From an uncultured delta proteobacterium (GTDB lineage: Bacteria; Desulfobacterota; Desulfobacteria; Desulfobacterales; JAFDCJ01), in the NCBI GenBank assembly GCA_963769935.1, contig CAVYNY010000018.1, positions 64,001 to 128,000 of the forward strand: a stretch of 64,000 nt of DNA, given 5' to 3'. Below are positions 58,321-64,000 of this stretch, piece after piece. The notes beneath the pieces are model-generated. The model was not told the origin of the DNA, did not search any database, and worked only from the letters and a program-made list of their open reading frames with translations. Each line of letters opens with the position of its first letter. The stretch's first letter is position 1. A program made the translations under genes and the position numbers.

Positions 58321-59379
58321 ATGGGCCCCCAAAAGCTGACTTTTGGACAGACTCCTGATGGGAAGCGGGTTGATCTTTACACCTTGGCCAACGCCGGCGG
58401 CATGGAAGTAAAAATCACAACCTATGGTGCGGCGATCGTTTCGCTGGTGGTGCCGGATCGCAACGGCAAACCGGCAGATGTGGTTTTAGGTTATGACTCG
58501 CTGGAAGACTACATCGCAGGGGGATATTACTTCGGCTGCATTGCCGGACGCTATGCCAATCGAATCGCCGGCGGCAAGTTTACATTATACGGTACGGAAT
58601 ACCGGCTGGCCGCCAATGACGGCGACAACCATTTGCACGGCGGCCTGCGCGGCTTCGACAAAATGGTGTGGCAGGCCCACGAATTTGAAGACAACGCCGA
58701 CATGGGCTTAAAGTTTTCTTATTTGAGCCCGGGCGGCGAGGAAGGCTACCCCGGAAACCTGGCGTGCACCGTAAGTTATACCCTCGGCGCAGCCAACGAG
58801 CTCAAAATCGATTACCATGCCACCGCCGATGCACCGACGATCGTAAATTTGACCCAGCATACCTATTTCAATCTGGCCGGCGCCGGGTCCGGTGATATTT
58901 TAAATCATGAGCTGATGATCAATGCCGATCGGTTTACACCGGTTGACAACCGTCTGATACCAACCGGCGAATTAAGAAGCGTCCAGCATACCCCGTTTGA
59001 CTTTACCCGGCCCACAGCCATCGGCGCCCGCATCGATCATGACGACCAGCAGCTGCTTTTTGGAAACGGCTACGACCACAACTGGGTCTTAAACAAAGAT
59101 GGGGACGGCCCGTGTCTGGCGGCCAGGGCCTTGGAACGAAATTCCGGGCGCACGCTGGAAGTGTACACGACCCATCCCGGCCTTCAGTTTTATTCCGGCA
59201 ACTTTCCGGATAACCGGATTGCCGCCAAAGCCGGTCAAATATACCCGCATCGCGGCGGCTTTTGCCTGGAAACCCAGCATTTTCCGGACTCGCCGCACCG
59301 GCCGGATTTTCCGTCCACGGTACTTGACCCCGGAGCGGAATATGAACACACAACCATCTATAAGTTTACAGCCGGATGA
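58321..59379 (+). CDS. galM: Aldose 1-epimerase
   Basis: GRYANRI, LHGG, HTYFNL, GYDHN, CLETQHFPD. Confidence 0.95.
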   Translation: MGPQKLTFGQTPDGKRVDLYTLANAGGMEVKITTYGAAIVSLVVPDRNGKPADVVLGYDSLEDYIAGGYYFGCIAGRYANRIAGGKFTLYGTEYRLAANDGDNHLHGGLRGFDKMVWQAHEFEDNADMGLKFSYLSPGGEEGYPGNLACTVSYTLGAANELKIDYHATADAPTIVNLTQHTYFNLAGAGSGDILNHELMINADRFTPVDNRLIPTGELRSVQHTPFDFTRPTAIGARIDHDDQQLLFGNGYDHNWVLNKDGDGPCLAARALERNSGRTLEVYTTHPGLQFYSGNFPDNRIAAKAGQIYPHRGGFCLETQHFPDSPHRPDFPSTVLDPGAEYEHTTIYKFTAG

Positions 59380-59594
59380 ATGCTGCCGGGTTGCCACACA
59401 ATTTTCCGGCATCTGCCGGTGGAATTTTGGCTAAGAGCACTAAGCCTGGTTACCGTATTTTCGCACATACCATTACCACCAAATCCATCCCTTTAAACTT
59501 GCGGATAAGTGGTTTTTGTTTTCATTTACCTTATTACATGGTATGAGACGCCTGTCTCAAGGGAATTTAAATCGTCCGCAATTTCAAAAGAAAA

Positions 59595-60821
59595 ATGATC
59601 TCTGAATTTTCTCTTCTTATCTTAGGCTATATTTTTGGGTTTTACATGGCCTGGAACATCGGCGCCAATGACGTGGCCAATTCAATGGCGTCGGCTGTCG
59701 GCGCCAAAGCCATTACCATCCGCCAGGCAATTTTCATTGCCGGAATCCTGAATATAGTCGGAGCGACTTTCATCGGCAGCCATGTTACCAACACCATCCG
59801 CAAGGGCATTGTCTCAACCGACATCCTGGCGGACCCGAACCTGGCTCTCATTGGAGCCCTCGCCGCCCTTCTATCAGCTGCTTTATGGGTATCCTTTGCG
59901 ACCTGGAAATCACTGCCCGTATCGACGACCCATTCCATCGTCGGCGCCATGATCGGCTTCGGCATCATGGCGGGTGGATTTGCCACGATCAACTGGGGCA
60001 AGCTGGGAGCCGTGGTCCTGAGCTGGATTATCTCCCCGGTCTTCAGCATGGTAATCGGCTACGGCATGTTTAAAATAATCGTTAGGACCATTTTGGGAAA
60101 AAAAGACACGTACGACCGGGCGTTGAGATTGTCCCCTTATTTTATCGGAATCGCCATATTTGTCGTTATCCTTTCTTTTCTATTTAAAACACCGCTCGGC
60201 GAAGAGTTGTCCATCGGGACGCCCGCGGCATTGATCGTTGCGGGTATACTGGCCTGCCTTCTGGGCTATGCCGGAATGCGTGCGCTGCGCCGCTTCGTTA
60301 AAAATCCTGGAACTTCCGGCGAGGAAGCCATCTTTCGTAAAATTCAGATCGGGACCTCATGCTATGTTGCCCTGGCGCAGGGCGCAAACGACGTTGCCAA
60401 TGCCATCGGACCGCTGGCCGTGATTTATTTCATCGTCAAAACCGGCAGCGTGGGTGCCAAGGTTCCGGTGCCGTTGTTTCTGCTGTTTTTCGGCGGCATC
60501 GGAATTGCCTGCGGTATCGCAATGGCCGGCAATCGCGTGATGGAAACCATCGGCCGCCGGATCACAACCCTCAACAATACCCGCGGTTTTTCGGTTGATT
60601 TTGCCGCCGCCACCACCGTGCTGGCAGCCTCAAAATTGGGGCTGCCGGTTTCCACCACCCATGCGGCCGTCGGCGGTGTGATGGGCGTGGGTCTGGCCCG
60701 CGGAATCGAGGCCGTGAATTTCAAGATCATCTATCAAATCATGATTTACTGGATACTGACCGTACCGGCTTCGGCGATAACAAGCATGGTCATATTTAAA
60801 ATCCTTCAACTCATTGTTTAA
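59595..60821 (+). CDS. PiT-family inorganic phosphate transporter
   Basis: GANDVAN twice, PVSTTH twice. Confidence 0.93.
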   Translation: MISEFSLLILGYIFGFYMAWNIGANDVANSMASAVGAKAITIRQAIFIAGILNIVGATFIGSHVTNTIRKGIVSTDILADPNLALIGALAALLSAALWVSFATWKSLPVSTTHSIVGAMIGFGIMAGGFATINWGKLGAVVLSWIISPVFSMVIGYGMFKIIVRTILGKKDTYDRALRLSPYFIGIAIFVVILSFLFKTPLGEELSIGTPAALIVAGILACLLGYAGMRALRRFVKNPGTSGEEAIFRKIQIGTSCYVALAQGANDVANAIGPLAVIYFIVKTGSVGAKVPVPLFLLFFGGIGIACGIAMAGNRVMETIGRRITTLNNTRGFSVDFAAATTVLAASKLGLPVSTTHAAVGGVMGVGLARGIEAVNFKIIYQIMIYWILTVPASAITSMVIFKILQLIV

Positions 60822-60832
60822 AGGAGATAGAT

Positions 60833-61501
60833 ATGCGAATTCCCTTTCTTTCAATGTTTGTAACTTCACCATTCGAGGGCTTGCTGGAACACGCCGAAAA
60901 GGTAAACGAGTGCGCCCTGGTTTTCCAGCAGGCGATGGAGTGTTATATGTCTGAAGGATGTGAGCGCTTTGAAGATTTCCGGCAGGAAATTCATCGCATA
61001 GAAGATGAGGCCGATGCGATCAAACGCCGGATTCGGGGTCATCTGCCCAAAGGCACCCTGCTGCAGTATGATAAATTTGAGCTTTTCAGGTACCTGGGGG
61101 AGCAGGATAAAGTCCTGGACGCCATGCAGGACAGCTTGGACTGGATCTCCATCAGAAGAGAACTCGGAATCCCGCAAAGTCTTGCAACCGACATAAAAGT
61201 ATTCGTGGATGCGGTCACAAATGCCGTAGCAGAGTTGAGCAAAATGGCGGCTGAGGCGCACAAGTATTTTAAAAGCTATGCCAATGACCAGCGGATTCAT
61301 GTCAAGGAAATGATACGAAGCCTGCGCCGGCAGGAACACGAAGCCGACAAATTAGAGGATGGCTTTAAACAGAAGGTCTTTGATTCGATCAGCGATCCGG
61401 TGACGGTGTTTCATCTGGTCAGAATGGCGGAGATAATCGGTTCAATCGCGGACCATGCCGAGAATGCAGGTGATATGATGCGGGCCATGATCGCTGTATA
61501 G
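60833..61501 (+). CDS. DUF47 (PhoU-like) phosphate transport regulator
   Basis: EDEAD, EHEAD, IADHAEN; coupled to pit. Confidence 0.88.
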   Translation: MRIPFLSMFVTSPFEGLLEHAEKVNECALVFQQAMECYMSEGCERFEDFRQEIHRIEDEADAIKRRIRGHLPKGTLLQYDKFELFRYLGEQDKVLDAMQDSLDWISIRRELGIPQSLATDIKVFVDAVTNAVAELSKMAAEAHKYFKSYANDQRIHVKEMIRSLRRQEHEADKLEDGFKQKVFDSISDPVTVFHLVRMAEIIGSIADHAENAGDMMRAMIAV

Positions 61502-61591
61502 TAAAGAATCCTGCTCGATAGAAAGGTGCTGGGCAGCCGAGTGAGCCTTTTTGACGAGCTCGCTCGATTAGGGCAAAAAAAGGGGGGACCT

Positions 61592-62488
61592 ATGAAAGAG
61601 TTCACGAATCGGGTAGCGGTTGTCACCGGAGCCGCCAGCGGTATCGGCCGCGCCATGTCAAAGAGTTTCCTGGATGCCGGAATGAAGGTAGTTCTGGCCG
61701 ACATTGATGAAGAAAGGTTGGAAAGCACCCTGCATTCATTCGCGGACTTCGGCGCCAATCTGCTTGGGGTGCCAACCGACGTCTCGCAGGCCAAGCAGGT
61801 TGAGGAGCTGGCCCACAGAACGCTTGAGAGGTTCGGTGCCGTGCATATGTTATGCAACAATGCCGGCGTCGGTTACGGGGGGCGCAGCAGCTGGGAAACG
61901 CCGCTGGAGGGCTGGAAATGGGTACTCGACGTCAATCTCATGGGCGTTGTCAATGGCATTTACACCTTCATGCCGATTATGTTGGAACAAAACACCGAAG
62001 CCCACGTGGTGAATACGGCATCGATAGCGGGCCTCATCCGAAATGTATTTTCCATCACCTACGGCGTCAGCAAACACGCGGTTGTTGCCTTATCAGAGTC
62101 CATGCATCTCGAACTGCTAAGCCGCAATTCCAAAATAAAGGTCAGTGTCCTGTGCCCCGGACCGGTCAGCACGGACATCTTTAATTCGTCGGAACGAAAT
62201 CGACCTGCAAACGTTCCGCCGCCCCCGGAATTAACCCCCGGGGAAGCTTTTTTCTTGAGGGTCTATCAAACATATATTGAGCGCGGCCTTGATCCCGCTG
62301 AAGTTGCCCACCTGGTACTCGAAGCGATCCGCGAAGAACGCTTTTACGTGATTACCCATGATTATAAAAGCTATATCGAAGCCCGCCTGAAGAATGTGCT
62401 GGCCGGGGAAAATCCGGAAATTCTGCCACCGCCGCAGGACTATTTGAAGATCTACCAGGAACTGATGAGTCAATCGGAAGGGCACTAG
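61592..62488 (+). CDS. Short-chain dehydrogenase/reductase
   Basis: TGAASGIG, NNAG, YGVSK. Confidence 0.92.
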   Translation: MKEFTNRVAVVTGAASGIGRAMSKSFLDAGMKVVLADIDEERLESTLHSFADFGANLLGVPTDVSQAKQVEELAHRTLERFGAVHMLCNNAGVGYGGRSSWETPLEGWKWVLDVNLMGVVNGIYTFMPIMLEQNTEAHVVNTASIAGLIRNVFSITYGVSKHAVVALSESMHLELLSRNSKIKVSVLCPGPVSTDIFNSSERNRPANVPPPPELTPGEAFFLRVYQTYIERGLDPAEVAHLVLEAIREERFYVITHDYKSYIEARLKNVLAGENPEILPPPQDYLKIYQELMSQSEGH

Positions 62489-62490
62489 CG

Positions 62491-62872
62491 ATGCAGGTTA
62501 AGGACAAAGTTGTAGTTGTCACCGGCGGCGCCAGTGGTATCGGAGCGGCCTTGTGCCGCCGTTTTCGCCGGGAAGGAGCGCGCGCCGTCATTGTAGCGGA
62601 TTTGGACGGCGACGGCGCACGGCAGGTGGCGGAGGATATCGGCGGTTTAGGATTACAGGCCGATGCTGGGAGATTTCACCGCCGGCGGTCCGCAGGGCGT
62701 CGACGGTGTATTAACAGCGGAGCAGGTGGCTGAAAGCGTCATCGACGGTCTGGCCGCCGCAACCTTTCTGATTCTGCCCCACGAGAAGGTGCGTCTTTAC
62801 CTGCAGCGCAAAACCTCGGACTATGACCGCTGGCTGAACGGCATGCGCCGTCTGAGGCGCTCGTTCGCCTAA
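62491..62872 (+). pseudogene. SDR with internal deletion and frameshift
   Basis: N-terminus TGGASGIG..LQAD joined out of frame to C-terminus LTAEQVAESV..FLILPH; catalytic YxxxK missing. Confidence 0.8.
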
Positions 62873-62881
62873 GGCACCATC

Positions 62882-63853
62882 CTATATCATGTTGATAACA
62901 ATCAGCAGCACCGGTAATACCACCACCAGCAGGGCAGTGGTGAAGAACCAGCAGGAATTGGCCAGATCCAGATCCAGATTGTAAATGGAGGGCGGTATCA
63001 GGGCATTGAAGGCAACCGGCATGGAAGAAAGAACTATGACAACCTTCAACGGCAGACCGTTCTGGATGTGACCGTATCCCAAAAAGTACGCCGGCAGGGA
63101 CACCAGCACCGGGACCAGAACAAATTTGATGAGCGAAATCGACACGCATTCCCGAAGGTAGGCCCCTATTTTACGAAATTCCATGGCCATCCCGATGGAT
63201 AGCAGCAATAACAAAGTCAAAAGCGGCACAAAAACGGATATGATAATTTTGTAAAACTCCGGTCTTTGAACACCGCTGATGTTGAGCAGCCCGCCGATGG
63301 CTAGAGCGGACACGGCCACGATCAGGTAGGGGTCGCGCGCCAGGTGCTTCAGGAGCCCCCGGGCGGGAGCGTCGTGCCGGCTGCTGCCTAAATATTTTGC
63401 GACGGGAAATCCGATGCCGTAATAGGCTATCTCTTGAAACAATTTAAATATGGCCACCAGGGCAAAACCAGCCTCCCCCAGAAAAATATAACAGACCAGG
63501 GTGCCGATGGCGCCGATATTGGTGAAAAAGCCGCAGCCGAACAGCGCCCCGGTTTTTCTGCCCTCCAGATCCAGCAACCTGGAAGCGCCGACCGCCAAGG
63601 CCCCTCCGAGCAAATAGGTAGACAGTCCGAAAAAAGGCAGAGCGAAAAGCGCGGCATTTTTTAAGTTCACAATCCAGACCGCACCCACGATGGCGACCGG
63701 ATTGAAAAAAAGAAGCGCCACTTTCTGCAGCAGTATCCTTAAATCATCAAGGGGAATGCCAAACGAAACCTGTTTGCGCCGGACGATGATTTGAGTCACA
63801 TAGCCCAGCAGCAGCCCCACGAAAATAATCGCAAACGAATAGATAAACTTCAA
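62882..63853 (-). CDS. AEC (auxin efflux carrier)-like membrane transporter
   Basis: About 10 TM segments, FTNIG, IKFVLVP, SSMPVA. Confidence 0.7.
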   Translation of the reverse strand: MKFIYSFAIIFVGLLLGYVTQIIVRRKQVSFGIPLDDLRILLQKVALLFFNPVAIVGAVWIVNLKNAALFALPFFGLSTYLLGGALAVGASRLLDLEGRKTGALFGCGFFTNIGAIGTLVCYIFLGEAGFALVAIFKLFQEIAYYGIGFPVAKYLGSSRHDAPARGLLKHLARDPYLIVAVSALAIGGLLNISGVQRPEFYKIIISVFVPLLTLLLLLSIGMAMEFRKIGAYLRECVSISLIKFVLVPVLVSLPAYFLGYGHIQNGLPLKVVIVLSSMPVAFNALIPPSIYNLDLDLANSCWFFTTALLVVVLPVLLIVINMI

Positions 63854-64000
63854 AATCTGAAACCTTCAACTTGATATTCGGCAACTGTCGGACAATTCTC
63901 CCGGCCTTCCGACCGCGCATCATTCACCACCTAACCGGTAAAACAGCTAAAATATAAGACAGGATTCGCGCGAGACAATTTTCGGCAAAGTCAATCCCCC

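Noticed and set aside
1..64000. tRNA, rRNA, CRISPR-cas, prophage or intact reverse transcriptase
   Set aside because: No recognisable sequence or motif for any of them seen by eye; a tRNAscan/cmscan run would be needed to exclude small RNAs

Overview
Bacterial chromosomal window, probably Desulfobacterota/Desulfobacterales-like (inferred from gene order, short intergenic repeat families and a UGA-Sec gene; not proven). Four zones. (1) ~1-18.8 kb is an accessory zone: a decaying minus-strand integron cassette array with about 7 well-formed attC sites plus several half or degenerate ones and no intI in the window (CALIN-like). It carries four toxin-antitoxin pairs, a dual NDT-fold/TIR gene and a DUF4157 protein, interleaved with five RAYT (HUH transposase) remnants, two group II intron fragments and a MITE. 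Three divergent RAYT remnants carry the same 40-bp hairpin at the same codon boundary. (2) 19-27 kb holds a fatty-acid hydroxylase and a mycothiol-pathway-like cluster (MshA-, PIG-L/MshB- and MshD-like). (3) 27-37.6 kb holds housekeeping genes (rplU-rpmA-obgE-proB, proA-nadD-rsfS), fdhD, and an ArsR regulator with a probable selenocysteine metal permease. (4) 37.6-59.4 kb is a sugar island (two ABC importers, araB-galT-galK-araA-araD-galM) behind a consensus sigma54 promoter. It is divergent from a sigma54 response regulator and a soluble histidine kinase whose N-terminal input is a catalytically degenerate sugar-ABC ATPase domain; this is the most unusual system in the window. The window ends with pit-DUF47, SDR genes and an AEC-family transporter. 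No rRNA, tRNA or CRISPR array was seen. All product calls come from motif recognition by eye, not database searches.
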